Source: a virus (Duplodnaviria; Heunggongvirae; Uroviricota; Caudoviricetes; Demerecviridae). From it: a stretch of DNA of 64,000 bases. Shown in pieces: positions 43,881 to 54,241 of the stretch. The notes under the pieces were generated by a model. It saw nothing but the letters and a program-made list of their open reading frames with translations. It was not told the DNA's origin and did no database searches. Location of the stretch: IMG/VR virus record IMGVR_UViG_3300044984_002785. The stretch is one strand, 5' to 3'. Within the stretch, counting starts at the first letter, position 1. The number at the start of each line of letters is the position of its first letter. The translations under genes were made by a program, and so were the position numbers.

Positions 43881-44849
43881 ATGAAAATACTATTCACAGC
43901 CGATATACACATAAAATTAGGTCAAAAAAATGTGCCAGTAGATTGGGCCAAAAACAGATTTCAGATGTTTTGCGATCAGTTTGCTGAAATGCAAGATTCA
44001 GCCGATATAGTTATTATTGGTGGAGATATATTTGATCGACTACCAACTATGGATGAAGTTGAACTATATTTTGACTTTGTGGGTTCTTTTAAGAAACCCA
44101 CAATGCTATATCCAGGTAACCATGAAATGCTTAAGAAAGATACTACTTTCTTAACCAATCTTAAAAAAGCCACTCATCGTTTAAATCCATTAGTTAGAGT
44201 TATAGATGACTATAATAGTGATATTCCAGATATTGATATTATACCCTACAATAAACTAAAAGATTATGAGAAACACGGCTATAACTTTACCGGGCGTATT
44301 TTATGTACCCATGTACGCGGAGAAATTCCTCCGCACGTTAAGCCAGAAGTAGATTTAGATATATTTAGCCGTTGGGACATTGTACTAGCAGGTGATCTAC
44401 ATAGCTATGAGAACTCCCAGCTTAATATTTTGTATCCGGGCAGCCCATACACTACTAGCTTTCATAGACAGCGAGTAGACACAGGTGCTATTATTATTGA
44501 TGTTGATACACTAGAATATGAGTGGAAAAAGTTTAATCTCCCACAGTTAATTAAAAAGACAATTACAGCTGAAGAAGCTAGTACTTTGGCTAATGCAACA
44601 ATCTTCGATCATACTATCTATGAGGTTGAAGGCGATATGCAAGAATTAGGGGAACTAGCTGATTCTGAATTAATAGCTACAAAAGTGCTTAAACGAGATA
44701 CAGATTCAGCATTAATGTTAGATGCCGAAATGACTTTGGTTGAGGAAGTTAAAGAATATTTAACTTATATTCTGGAATTACCAGACCAGACTGTAGATAC
44801 CGTTTTAAAGGAAATGCAAAATTATGCAGAAAAAATTGAAAGCTACTAA
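43881..44849 (+). CDS. SbcD/Mre11-like nuclease
   Basis: ADIHIKLG, IIGGDIFD, YPGNHE metallophosphoesterase motifs; immediately upstream of the SbcC-like gene. Confidence 0.6.
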   Translation: MKILFTADIHIKLGQKNVPVDWAKNRFQMFCDQFAEMQDSADIVIIGGDIFDRLPTMDEVELYFDFVGSFKKPTMLYPGNHEMLKKDTTFLTNLKKATHRLNPLVRVIDDYNSDIPDIDIIPYNKLKDYEKHGYNFTGRILCTHVRGEIPPHVKPEVDLDIFSRWDIVLAGDLHSYENSQLNILYPGSPYTTSFHRQRVDTGAIIIDVDTLEYEWKKFNLPQLIKKTITAEEASTLANATIFDHTIYEVEGDMQELGELADSELIATKVLKRDTDSALMLDAEMTLVEEVKEYLTYILELPDQTVDTVLKEMQNYAEKIESY

Positions 44850-45102
44850 TGCTGAAGTATGGTCACAGACTAATTGCCCAGCCTGTTCAGAAGCCAAACG
44901 ACTACTAGAATTTCATCAAATCAAATATGGTGAAAAGATGTTAGGCATTAACGGCTACTCAAAAAAAGACTTGATTGAAAAAGTACCTAATGCACGCAGT
45001 GTTCCTCAGATTTTTCTAGATGGAAAACATATTGGCGGATTATTAGAATTAAAAAGAGAATTAGCAGAATATGATAACTATAAAAAAGCTGAGTTGGAGT
45101 AA
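44824..45102 (+). CDS. glutaredoxin/NrdH-like redoxin
   Basis: CPACSEAKRLL active-site CxxC and downstream SVPQIFLDGKHIGG. Confidence 0.5.
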   Translation: MQKKLKATNAEVWSQTNCPACSEAKRLLEFHQIKYGEKMLGINGYSKKDLIEKVPNARSVPQIFLDGKHIGGLLELKRELAEYDNYKKAELE

Positions 45103-46909
45103 TGCTTTTAGTTACGGAAAAGATAATACAATTAATTTTGTTTCAGCACCACTAACACAACTTGTTGGTAAAAATGGGCATGGAAAAAGTTCTATTGCTC
45201 TTATTCTTGAAGAAGTTTTATTTAATAAAAATTCCAAAGCAATTAAAAAAGCAGATATTTTAAACCGTTATGTAAAAGATAAAACTTATAATATCGAACT
45301 AGATTTTGAACGCGATGGTACAGAGTATCAAATTAAAACTAGTAGAAGCAGTAGTCAGGTAGTTAAGCTATTTAAAGATAGTGTTGAGATATCGGGGCAT
45401 ACAGCTACTGCTACCTATAAAATGATTGAAGATATATTAGGTTTTGATCACAAAACATTTAGTCAAATCGTTTATCAAAGTAATGCCAGTAGTTTAGAGT
45501 TTTTAACTGCACCAGATACAGCCAGAAAAAAGTTCTTAATTGAAATATTAAGTTTAGGTAAGTATACTAAAGCACAGGAAGTATTCAAAGAAATATCTCA
45601 AGAATTATCTAAAGATATTTCAGTAGTACAATCACAAGTAAATACTGTAAACAGTTGGTTAGAAAAATACTCTAAAATGGACTTATCGCATAAAGAATAT
45701 TGCGAAGTTCCACTAATTGACGATAGTTTGGTTACAGAAACAGCAGATTTAGATACTCAAATACGTGGGTTAGAATCTACGAATAAAAAGATTACTCAAA
45801 ATAATACCTATAAACAGATTCAATCTAAGATTAAATTATTTCCTTTGCCAGAAACACCAACGGATAATGTTAGTAAACTAAATCCGGAAGTTAAGCAACT
45901 AAGCACAAACTCAATTGAATTAAATAAATCCGTAAAAGATTCAGATGCTTTTATTAAAAAAATAGGTTCATTACAAGGTACTTGCCCTACTTGTTTGCAA
46001 TCTATTGATGAGGAAAAGATCGCTACACTTATAGTAGAACAACAAGATATTAAAGCAGATGCCTTAGCAAAAATAAATGTTATTAGTACAAGACTTAAAG
46101 AAGTCGAGCTACTTAGACAAGAGTTTAATACTAAAACTAGTATATGGGAATCTGCCAGTAAATCAAGAGACGAATGGGAAAAATACCATCAGCTAATAAA
46201 TACCGATTTACAAGAAGATTTATTAGACAAAAATGAGTTGGACTCTAAATTTACTGCTTTGCAAGTTGCATTGAGTAATCTTAGAACTAGCATTACTCAA
46301 GCTGAAAAACACAATATAGTAGCTAGTGCGCACAATGCTAAAGTAGATACTATTAGCAGTCAGCTAGCAGAAATGAATGTAGAACTAGAAACTTATAGTT
46401 TTAAGCTACATGAGTTATCTGAAAAAATGTCTATAATTAATGTCTTGACCAAAACATTTTCTACTACAGGCTTAGTAGCTTATAAAATAGAATGTTTGGT
46501 AAAAGATTTGGAAGAAATCACTAATAAGTATTTAATTGATTTATCTGACGGCAGATTTCAGATTGGATTTAAAATATCTGCTAGTGATAAATTAAACGTA
46601 ATTATCACAGATAATGGCAAAGATATAGAAATTTTAGCCTTATCGGGTGGTGAAAAAGCCAGAGTTAACGTAGCAACACTATTAGCTATTAGAAAATTAA
46701 TGCAAACATTAAGTTCTAGTAGGATTAATTTACTGATTCTAGACGAAACAGTTGAAACGCTTGACACTGATGGTAAAGAACGATTAGTAGAGGTACTACT
46801 TCGTGAAGAATATTTAAATACTTTTCTAGTTTCTCACGGGTTTACGCATCCATTACTAGAAAAAGTCAATGTTGTAAAGCGTAATAATCTATCTAAAATA
46901 GAAGGATAA
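45071..46909 (+). CDS. SbcC/Rad50-like ATPase
   Basis: Walker A GKNGHGKSS, coiled-coil middle with CPTC zinc hook, signature LSGGEKARV, Walker B LLILDE. Confidence 0.6.
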   Translation: MITIKKLSWSNAFSYGKDNTINFVSAPLTQLVGKNGHGKSSIALILEEVLFNKNSKAIKKADILNRYVKDKTYNIELDFERDGTEYQIKTSRSSSQVVKLFKDSVEISGHTATATYKMIEDILGFDHKTFSQIVYQSNASSLEFLTAPDTARKKFLIEILSLGKYTKAQEVFKEISQELSKDISVVQSQVNTVNSWLEKYSKMDLSHKEYCEVPLIDDSLVTETADLDTQIRGLESTNKKITQNNTYKQIQSKIKLFPLPETPTDNVSKLNPEVKQLSTNSIELNKSVKDSDAFIKKIGSLQGTCPTCLQSIDEEKIATLIVEQQDIKADALAKINVISTRLKEVELLRQEFNTKTSIWESASKSRDEWEKYHQLINTDLQEDLLDKNELDSKFTALQVALSNLRTSITQAEKHNIVASAHNAKVDTISSQLAEMNVELETYSFKLHELSEKMSIINVLTKTFSTTGLVAYKIECLVKDLEEITNKYLIDLSDGRFQIGFKISASDKLNVIITDNGKDIEILALSGGEKARVNVATLLAIRKLMQTLSSSRINLLILDETVETLDTDGKERLVEVLLREEYLNTFLVSHGFTHPLLEKVNVVKRNNLSKIEG

Positions 46910-46910
46910 T

Positions 46911-47225
46911 ATGATTAAAATTGAGAAATTAAAAGACGGAGCAAAGGTTTTTATTACTAGAGATGGCACTAAATGTGAAATTTATATTAACCAGCTAATT
47001 ACTCCTAGTGAGTTTAATACTATTGAAATTGAGGGCGGAAGCTGCATTTATAGTATTGATGAAAATGAAGTTAAAGAACTTGTAGGCCAAGCTAGGCAGC
47101 TTACACTAAATTTAACTGAAACAGTACAAGATGCAGTAGCAGTAGCAGACACAGTTAAAGTAGAAGTTGCGCCAGCAGTAGTTGCACCTACGGTTATTAT
47201 TAAGCCAACTAGAGCTAAAAAATAA
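46911..47225 (+). CDS. hypothetical protein
   Basis: 104-aa ORF. Confidence 0.4.
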   Translation: MIKIEKLKDGAKVFITRDGTKCEIYINQLITPSEFNTIEIEGGSCIYSIDENEVKELVGQARQLTLNLTETVQDAVAVADTVKVEVAPAVVAPTVIIKPTRAKK

Positions 47226-47677
47226 TGGTAGACAGTAGGGCAAAAGGGGCTCGTACTGAAACTTTAGTTAAAGAAGTTCTTAAAAAACATACTGGATTGG
47301 GTTGGGAGAGGGTGCCGGGTTCCGGCGCCCTTGACCCTAAACATCAGTTAAAGGCAGATTTATATGTGCCTGGTAGAACTAATCTGTATGCTCTAGAAGT
47401 AAAAGGTTACGCTGAAGATCATATCTCAAGTGCTTTATTAACAGGTAAAAATCCTCAGCTAATAGAGTTCTGGAAACAGTCAGTACGTCAAGGACAGCAG
47501 GTTAATAAAAAACCACTGTTAGCATTTAAATTTGATAGATCAAAGATATTTGTTGCGTTTCTAGAAATGCCTACAGCTAGTTATAGATATATGTTTGTGT
47601 CCATTGATGCTCATGAGTTCTATATAGCATTACTAGAAGACTGGTTACTCAATGAGCAACCTAAATTTGTCACTTGA
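47225..47677 (+). CDS. Hjc-like Holliday-junction resolvase / PD-(D/E)XK nuclease
   Basis: KGARTETLVKEVLKKH...KADLYV...YALEVKG follows the archaeal Hjc E...D...EVK motif order. Confidence 0.45.
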   Translation: MVDSRAKGARTETLVKEVLKKHTGLGWERVPGSGALDPKHQLKADLYVPGRTNLYALEVKGYAEDHISSALLTGKNPQLIEFWKQSVRQGQQVNKKPLLAFKFDRSKIFVAFLEMPTASYRYMFVSIDAHEFYIALLEDWLLNEQPKFVT

Positions 47678-47702
47678 CATACGATGTAATTTACACTATA
47701 AT
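47674..47702 (+). promoter_or_regulatory. sigma70-type promoter TTGACA-N17-TATAAT
   Basis: Consensus hexamers upstream of the FEN gene, embedded in the 3' end of the resolvase gene. Confidence 0.45.
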
Positions 47703-47733
47703 ACATACTTACAGTTAAAATATTATTTAAAAA

Positions 47734-48578
47734 TGAGCAAAAGTTTCCAACAAGTATCACAAGCAGAGAATACCTTAATGGTAGTAGATGCCCTTAATTT
47801 AGCCTTTCGATACAAGCACAGTGGTGCTACAGATTTTGCTAAAGATTACATCCGTACGATAGATAGTCTTAAAAAATCATATAAAGCTTCTCACGTAATT
47901 ATTGCATGCGATCAAGGTTCAAGTAGCTACCGTAAAGCGATTTATCCAGAATATAAACAAAATCGTAAAGATAAGCAAGAGCAGCAAACAGATGCAGAAC
48001 GTGCAGCTTTTGAAATTTTCTTTGAAGATTTCTTGGCTACAATTAAAGCTATTGAAGAAACTACTAGCTATCCAGTATTAAAGTTTCAAGGCGTAGAAGC
48101 AGACGATATTGCCGCATATATTGTAAGCCAAAAATCTAAATTAAGTACTGATGACATTTGGCTGATTAGTTCAGATAGAGATTGGGATTTGCTTGTGCAG
48201 CCAGGTGTTAGTCGTTTTAGTTATGTTACTCGTAAAGAAGTAACCGTTGATAACTGGAACGACCACTACGATTTTAATCCAGAAGACTATATTAGTATTA
48301 AGTGTCTTATGGGAGACAGTGGTGATAATGTAGTAGGTGTTGATAAAGTCGGGCCTAAACGTGCACTTGAACTAGTACAGCAATATGGCACTGCTTACGA
48401 TATTGCTGCTAGTATTCCACTGCCAGGAAAATATGTTTATATTCAAAACTTAAACAAGTGTAAAGACTTGTTGTTATTAAACTATCAGCTAATGGATTTG
48501 GTCACATATAGTGAGGAAGCCATTGGTGTCAACAATGTTGAAACAATTAACGAAACCTTAGAAATTTATTTAAAATGA
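47734..48578 (+). CDS. 5'-3' exonuclease / flap endonuclease (RNase H-like)
   Basis: LMVVDALNLAFRY N-terminal motif; start set at ATG 47734 rather than ORF-track 47652, which overlaps the resolvase. Confidence 0.55.
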
Positions 48579-49054
48579 ATAACCAATACGTAATTCATGG
48601 CACTTACGATACCAATACAATGACACGCCGCAGTTATCCTAAGGTTCAGTGTCAAGTACAGCCAGGTGCTAGACTACCAGAACGTGCTCATCCCACAGAT
48701 GCTGGTGCAGATTTATTTGCACTTGAAAATTATACTATCAATCCTGGAGAACAAAAACTTGTTGATACCGGTATAGCGGTAAAAATTCCTGACAACTTCG
48801 TTGGGCTTATTTACAACAGGAGTTCGCAAGGGAAAAAAGGCATTACAATCCCACACTCAGTTGGAGTCATTGATTCTGATTATCGTGGAAATTTAAAAGT
48901 TTTGCTAAAAAATATTTCGGACGACACTTACACTATTCAGGTGGGTGACCGAATCGCACAACTTGTCATCCAGCCAGTCCAGTTAGTGGATTTTGTAGAT
49001 AGCTGGAATGACACACAACGTGGAACCGGCGGATTTGGTTCCACAGGACAATAA
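48575..49054 (+). CDS. dut: dUTPase
   Basis: GLIYNRSSQGKKGI (motif 3) and GVIDSDYRGNLKVLL (motif 4). Confidence 0.6.
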   Translation: MNNQYVIHGTYDTNTMTRRSYPKVQCQVQPGARLPERAHPTDAGADLFALENYTINPGEQKLVDTGIAVKIPDNFVGLIYNRSSQGKKGITIPHSVGVIDSDYRGNLKVLLKNISDDTYTIQVGDRIAQLVIQPVQLVDFVDSWNDTQRGTGGFGSTGQ

Positions 49055-51038
49055 ACAAGAAAGATTATTAATGACAGCAGTAAGTACAAGAGCACAAGTA
49101 ATCACACGTCGAACGTATAATAGACCAACTTCAGACGACGGAAAACAATTTGAAACATGGCAAGAGACAGTTGCACGAGTTATAGACCACCAACAATGGT
49201 TGTGGGAACGGGCAGTCGGACGCGACTTAAATGACGTAGAATACGGAGAGCTTTATGATCTTGAGCAACTAATGCTAGATCGCAAAGTTTTAATGAGTGG
49301 ACGTACGCTTTGGCTAGGTGGTACAGATGTAGCTAAAACTCGTGAAGCATCGCAGTTTAATTGCAGTTTCACACACGTTGAAACAATCTATGACGTAGTT
49401 GACTGCCTATGGCTACTGCTACAAGGTTGCGGCGTTGGGTTCAAGCCAATCGTTGGTACATTAAACGGCTTCTCAAAACCAATTAAAAATATTCGTGTAG
49501 TACGAAGCACACGCACTGAAAAGGGCGGATTAGAGCATAATGTTGAAACATTTGATGCAGAAACTAAAACTTGGACTATTCAAGTTGGTGATTCAGCCGA
49601 AGCGTGGGCAAAGTCTATTGGCAAACTTATTGCTGGTAAGTACCCTGCTGAAACTCTTGTATTAGACTTTAGTCAATTACGCCCTGCGGGCGAAAGGTTA
49701 AAAGGATATGGTTGGATTAGTTCGGGTGATGCGGCTATCAGTACTGCTTATACTGCTATCGCCAATATCCTTAATGGACGGGCAGACAGTTTACTCACCA
49801 GAATGGACATTCTGGATATTGTTAACCATCTTGGTACCATTCTTAGTAGTCGCAGAAGTGCTGAGATTGCGCTATTCGACTATGACCAACCTGAATGGGA
49901 AGAATTTGCAGTAGCTAAAAAGGACTGGTGGGCGCATGGTAATGCGCACCGCACACAGTCAAATAACTCACTGGTATTTAAAAAGAAGCCTCTAAAATCA
50001 GACTTGGAAAAAATCTTTTCAATGATGGTTAAAGCAGGCGGTTCAGAGCCAGGATTTATCAATGAGGTCGAAGCTATCCGTCGCGCACCTTGGTTCAAAG
50101 GCGCTAATCCATGCGTTGAAATCTTACTAGGTAACAAATCATTCTGTAATCTTACAGAAACTGATATTGCCAAGTTCAAAGGCGATACGGCTGGATTACA
50201 TCAAGCTATTCGTTTAGCCGCTCGTGCTAACTATCGTCAAACTTGTGTTAACCTACAAGACGGTATTTTACAAGAATCTTGGCATTTAAACAACTATTTC
50301 TTGCGTTTATGTGGAGTTGGTTTAACAGGTATTGCAATGCGCCCCGATATGGGAAGCTATGATTATGAATACTTGAAGCGAACAGCTACTGGTGCAGCTA
50401 TTGGTATGGCTAACGAGTTAGGCTTGCCAGCACCTAAAAATGTAACCTGTATTAAGCCTAGTGGTACTTTGAGTAAAATCATGGATACAACTGAGGGTGT
50501 ACACAAACCGCTAGGCAAGTACATTTTCAACAATGTACAGTTTTCAAAGCATGACCCAGTTGTTGAAAAAATGCGCGACGCTGGGTATAGAGTATTTAAT
50601 CATCCTGTTGATGACAGCGGTGTATTGATTACATTCCCAGTAAAGTGGGATGAAGTGCAGTTTGATGAAGTCGATGGTAAAGAAGTTAATATAGAATCAG
50701 CTATTATTCAGCTAGAGCGCTATAAACTTCTACAAACTTCTTGGAATCAGCAAAATACTAGTGTAACTATTAGTTATGATCCTACTGAAGTACCTGGTAT
50801 TATCGACTGGTTACTATTAAACTGGGATTGCTATGTGGGCGTAAGTTTTATTTATCGCACAGACCCAACAAAAACAGCAAAAGATTTAGGTTATTTATAT
50901 CTTCCACAAGAAGTTGTAACCGAAGAAGACTACACTGCGTACGTAAAAGTACTATCAGAAGTAGATTTAAACAATACTAACAGCTTTGATGAAATATTAG
51001 ATGCTGAATGTGCCACGGGCGCTTGCCCAATTAAATAA
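49008..51038 (+). CDS. ribonucleotide reductase, class II-like (start may be ATG 49071)
   Basis: Active-site block FKGANPCVEILLGNKSFCNLTE (NxCxE and C-N-L); no C-terminal glycyl-radical motif. Confidence 0.45.
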   Translation: MTHNVEPADLVPQDNKQERLLMTAVSTRAQVITRRTYNRPTSDDGKQFETWQETVARVIDHQQWLWERAVGRDLNDVEYGELYDLEQLMLDRKVLMSGRTLWLGGTDVAKTREASQFNCSFTHVETIYDVVDCLWLLLQGCGVGFKPIVGTLNGFSKPIKNIRVVRSTRTEKGGLEHNVETFDAETKTWTIQVGDSAEAWAKSIGKLIAGKYPAETLVLDFSQLRPAGERLKGYGWISSGDAAISTAYTAIANILNGRADSLLTRMDILDIVNHLGTILSSRRSAEIALFDYDQPEWEEFAVAKKDWWAHGNAHRTQSNNSLVFKKKPLKSDLEKIFSMMVKAGGSEPGFINEVEAIRRAPWFKGANPCVEILLGNKSFCNLTETDIAKFKGDTAGLHQAIRLAARANYRQTCVNLQDGILQESWHLNNYFLRLCGVGLTGIAMRPDMGSYDYEYLKRTATGAAIGMANELGLPAPKNVTCIKPSGTLSKIMDTTEGVHKPLGKYIFNNVQFSKHDPVVEKMRDAGYRVFNHPVDDSGVLITFPVKWDEVQFDEVDGKEVNIESAIIQLERYKLLQTSWNQQNTSVTISYDPTEVPGIIDWLLLNWDCYVGVSFIYRTDPTKTAKDLGYLYLPQEVVTEEDYTAYVKVLSEVDLNNTNSFDEILDAECATGACPIK

Positions 51039-51048
51039 GTGATATAAC

Positions 51049-51246
51049 ATGAACGAACAAGAATTAAACCTTAACTTTACCTTTTCAATTCCAGAAATTA
51101 ATCTAATTCTGCAAGGTATTCAAGAATTGCCAGGCAGAATCTGCAACCCTTTGAGTGAAAAAATCAGAAATCAGGCTGATCCACAGGTAAAACAGTTTCA
51201 AGAAAGCATGCAAAATCAACAGGTAGAAGACGCTACCGTAGTTTAA
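51049..51246 (+). CDS. hypothetical protein
   Basis: 65-aa ORF. Confidence 0.4.
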   Translation: MNEQELNLNFTFSIPEINLILQGIQELPGRICNPLSEKIRNQADPQVKQFQESMQNQQVEDATVV

Positions 51247-51282
51247 GACTTCCGCAAAACAATATTTGCTCTAAGTAAAAAA

Positions 51283-51315
51283 GCCCTCTAAGAGAAATTT
51301 TAGAGGGCTTTTTTT
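51283..51315 (+). terminator. rho-independent terminator
   Basis: AAAAAGCCCTCTA-loop-TAGAGGGC + TTTTTTT. Confidence 0.75.
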
Positions 51316-51416
51316 CGTCCATTTTTTATAATCATTTAAATATGGTGGAACCATAATATATCGAGCAAAATTTCTTGATAACGTGCATTTTAACTCCGGG
51401 AGCCCTAAAAATTGGG

Positions 51417-51445
51417 TTGCCGTACATAGCAAAACGTTGTATAAT
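51417..51445 (+). promoter_or_regulatory. sigma70-type promoter TTGCCG-N17-TATAAT
   Basis: Upstream of the Gly-rich protein gene. Confidence 0.4.
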
Positions 51446-51521
51446 TATCCTAGTTCTTAGAATTTAAGAGCTGCGCGGTGATACGCAGTATCATAAACAT
51501 CCACTACAGGAATACTATACT

Positions 51522-52442
51522 ATGGATGATACAACGACTGGCGTACCTATTTCTACAGCAGCTGCTGAGGAAGCTATGGATGCGCTTAAAAAACAAGCTA
51601 GTTTTGCGGAAGATTATTACCGTAAGCTAGCAACTCAAGTTAAAGAAACTTTAAAGGAAACTAAAATGGCAGATATTATGACTCCAACAATCCCAATGAT
51701 GATGGGTGGCGGCGGCGGTGATGGTTTATTCGGTGGCGGAGCGGGTGGTGGCGGCTTAATTGGCGGTCTTATCCTAGGGAGCCTACTTCGCAATGGCGGA
51801 AATTTATTAGGTGGTGAAGGCGGAGCCGCTGCAGGTGCAGTTCTACGTAGCCCTCCAGAACAAGTGTCTGCAAATATGGCACTAATGGCAGCAATCGGCG
51901 CAGTCGACAAATCAGTCGCTGTAAGTACGTCTGCAATGGAAGCTTCACAAGCTACTCAAACTCTGGGTCTTACAACTCAATTGAATAACGTAGCATCATC
52001 TTTAGCTAGCCGTACTGATAACCTAAAAGATGTAGTTAACCAAAATGCTGTGGCCTTAATGCAAGGTCAAGCTGCGATTAACCAAAACATCATGGAAAAT
52101 CGTTATGAACTAAGCAAAGATATTAGTGCTGATGGTGAGAAGACCCGTGCGTTAATTGTACAACAGTACGAAATTAATCTACAACGTCAACTAGCTGATG
52201 CAAATGCACAGATCATTGAACTACGTGGTAACAATAATCTACAAGGCGCTGCTGCTGGTATTAATCTTACTAATACCAACAACATCAATCAGATGCAACA
52301 ACAACAACAGTCACAAGCTCAGTACGCTCAACTAGCACACTTAATCTATGGTCTAGGCCAAAACATTACTAATGGTGCTATCAACGTTGGTAGCGGAACA
52401 CAAACAGCTAACCCAACAAATACAAACACAAGTATTCGTTAA
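51522..52442 (+). CDS. Gly-rich / Gln-rich coiled-coil protein (virion-like)
   Basis: MMMGGGGGDGLFGGGAGGGGLIGGL..., poly-Q near the C-terminus; bounded by promoter and terminator. Confidence 0.5.
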   Translation: MDDTTTGVPISTAAAEEAMDALKKQASFAEDYYRKLATQVKETLKETKMADIMTPTIPMMMGGGGGDGLFGGGAGGGGLIGGLILGSLLRNGGNLLGGEGGAAAGAVLRSPPEQVSANMALMAAIGAVDKSVAVSTSAMEASQATQTLGLTTQLNNVASSLASRTDNLKDVVNQNAVALMQGQAAINQNIMENRYELSKDISADGEKTRALIVQQYEINLQRQLADANAQIIELRGNNNLQGAAAGINLTNTNNINQMQQQQQSQAQYAQLAHLIYGLGQNITNGAINVGSGTQTANPTNTNTSIR

Positions 52443-52452
52443 TTAGTACTAA

Positions 52453-52485
52453 GCCCCCAGACCACAAGTCGTGGGGGCTTTTTTA
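52453..52485 (+). terminator. rho-independent terminator
   Basis: GCCCCCA-loop-TGGGGGC + TTTTTT. Confidence 0.7.
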
Positions 52486-52497
52486 TAAGGAGTTGCT

Positions 52498-52950
52498 ATG
52501 CAACAACAACAACAACAGCAATTTATGCCGTTTGGTTGGTCTATGCCTCCGTATCTACCTATATTACCACCTATAGATGACTGTGACTTATTTATAAACA
52601 GTACAGTAATCGGACCACCAGGCCCTCCGGGCCCACCTGGCCCACCGGGTCCTCCAGGTCCCCCCGGAACACCTGGATTAGTTCCAACAATTACAGTTGA
52701 AGCTGATTATACTGCGGAACTCACAGATTACTTTATTGGTGTCATAACTAGTGCAGAGTTTACAATTACATTACCAAATGGACCTACCGGAACTGTGTTT
52801 ATCGTCAAAGACGTAAGTGGAACTGCTAGTACAAATCCAATTACAATTGTAAATACTGTAAATATTGACGGACAAGCAGGTGCTACAATTGACACCGACT
52901 TCGGGTCACTTACATTTGTTTATAGCAGTGGAGCTTGGAATATAGTATGA
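52498..52950 (+). CDS. collagen-like repeat protein, member of TNPITI...VYSGxxW paralogue family
   Basis: (GPP)n collagen triple-helix repeat then TNPITIVNT...GSLTFVYSSGAWNIV. Confidence 0.55.
   Translation: MQQQQQQQFMPFGWSMPPYLPILPPIDDCDLFINSTVIGPPGPPGPPGPPGPPGPPGTPGLVPTITVEADYTAELTDYFIGVITSAEFTITLPNGPTGTVFIVKDVSGTASTNPITIVNTVNIDGQAGATIDTDFGSLTFVYSSGAWNIV
52611..52678 (+). repeat. collagen-like GPP/GPPG codon repeat
   Basis: GGACCACCAGGCCCTCCGGGCCCACCTGGCCCACCGGGTCCTCCAGGTCCCCCCGGAACACCTGGA encodes GPPGPPGPPGPPGPPGPPGTPG. Confidence 0.8.
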
Positions 52951-53498
52951 GCTACAAAACACCCCTTGCTTCAAACACAGAATACGGAATAGTCCGAGCC
53001 GGAACCGGAGTAAATATTGTCAACGGTACCTTAAATGCCTCAACAGGCTTACTTAACTACGGATTCTTTACAGACGGTACTCAAACCAATCCGGTTGCAA
53101 ATGCTATTAATACAGCCACATTTACTAATACAGGCCCGACAAATGGAATTAGTATTGTTGCAGGAACGCAAATTACAGTGGTTAATGCTGGAACCTACAC
53201 TAAAATGTTTACACTAATTGTTAATAAAACCTCAGGCGGTACAAGCTCAATGAGTGTTTGGTTACGATTAAATGGAGCAGACGTTGCCGGTTCACGACAA
53301 GATCTAGAACTAACTAATACACTTTCACAAATATTTACTAGTGGTAACTACACACTAAATATACCTGCTGGTGGCAATATAGAAATGTGTTGGTCAAGTG
53401 CAGATACAACTGTACAACTAGCAGCACTTCCTGCAGCCGTAACACCTACGCGACCTACTGGTGATAGTATAAAAATCACGCTAACAAGGATTTCATAA
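52935..53498 (+). CDS. hypothetical virion-like protein
   Basis: 187 aa, Thr/Asn/Gly-rich; coupled to neighbours. Confidence 0.5.
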   Translation: MEYSMSYKTPLASNTEYGIVRAGTGVNIVNGTLNASTGLLNYGFFTDGTQTNPVANAINTATFTNTGPTNGISIVAGTQITVVNAGTYTKMFTLIVNKTSGGTSSMSVWLRLNGADVAGSRQDLELTNTLSQIFTSGNYTLNIPAGGNIEMCWSSADTTVQLAALPAAVTPTRPTGDSIKITLTRIS

Positions 53499-53806
53499 TG
53501 TCAGTAAATTTATCTACAAGAATTGTTAATACAACACCCTATACTATTGTAAATAATGACGACGTACTTTTTGTAAACGTTATTACTGGACCTGCTAGTA
53601 TAATACTACCTTCATCAGGCTCTGATGACTCAAAAAAACGTAGTTTTTATATCAAAGATTACTCAGGTACGTCACTAACAAATCCCATTACCATTACTGC
53701 GGCTGGAGGCAAAACCATTAACGGTGTTTCCTTTGCTATGCTAAATGGTGCATATAGTCATATACAAGTAGTATATGATGGAACAAACTGGATGACTATT
53801 GCTTAG
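53498..53806 (+). CDS. small protein, paralogue of 52498 and 53840
   Basis: TNPITITAAGGKTINGVS...SHIQVVYDGTNWMTIA. Confidence 0.5.
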   Translation: MSVNLSTRIVNTTPYTIVNNDDVLFVNVITGPASIILPSSGSDDSKKRSFYIKDYSGTSLTNPITITAAGGKTINGVSFAMLNGAYSHIQVVYDGTNWMTIA

Positions 53807-53839
53807 TCACCCCCAAACTTTTAATTCAAGGAAATAATT

Positions 53840-54241
53840 ATGTCATATACAAATAACCCTACCTCAGTCTTAGCCGGTGCAGGTATTACCATAACGCCAA
53901 CAACAGGTACTGGTGCTAATACAATTACAATTAGCACAGCAGGTCCAGAAATTTTGGGCGTACGCGTAGCAGTAGCCACACCAGTAACAGTGGTAGCAGC
54001 AACTGATGAAGTTGTAAGCGTCGAAGTACCTGGTCCGGTTGCCGTTGCAGTAAACTTACCTGCTGGTGTTACAGGTCAAGTCTTTTACATCAAAGACGGT
54101 CTTGGTCTAGCTGCCGTGGCTACCCCAATTACTATTACGCCAGCAGCTGGAACCGTTGATGGCGCTGCCACAGCCACAATTAATGTTCCATATGGTGCTC
54201 TTACATTAGTATATAGTGGCACAGAATGGAAGCTGCTATAA
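53840..54241 (+). CDS. small protein, paralogue of 52498 and 53498
   Basis: ATPITITPAAGTVDGAA...GALTLVYSGTEWKLL. Confidence 0.5.
   Translation: MSYTNNPTSVLAGAGITITPTTGTGANTITISTAGPEILGVRVAVATPVTVVAATDEVVSVEVPGPVAVAVNLPAGVTGQVFYIKDGLGLAAVATPITITPAAGTVDGAATATINVPYGALTLVYSGTEWKLL

Noticed and set aside
51635-51910. Pro-rich minus-strand ORF
   Set aside because: Mirror-strand artefact of the GGN-rich region encoding the Gly-rich protein 51522-52442.
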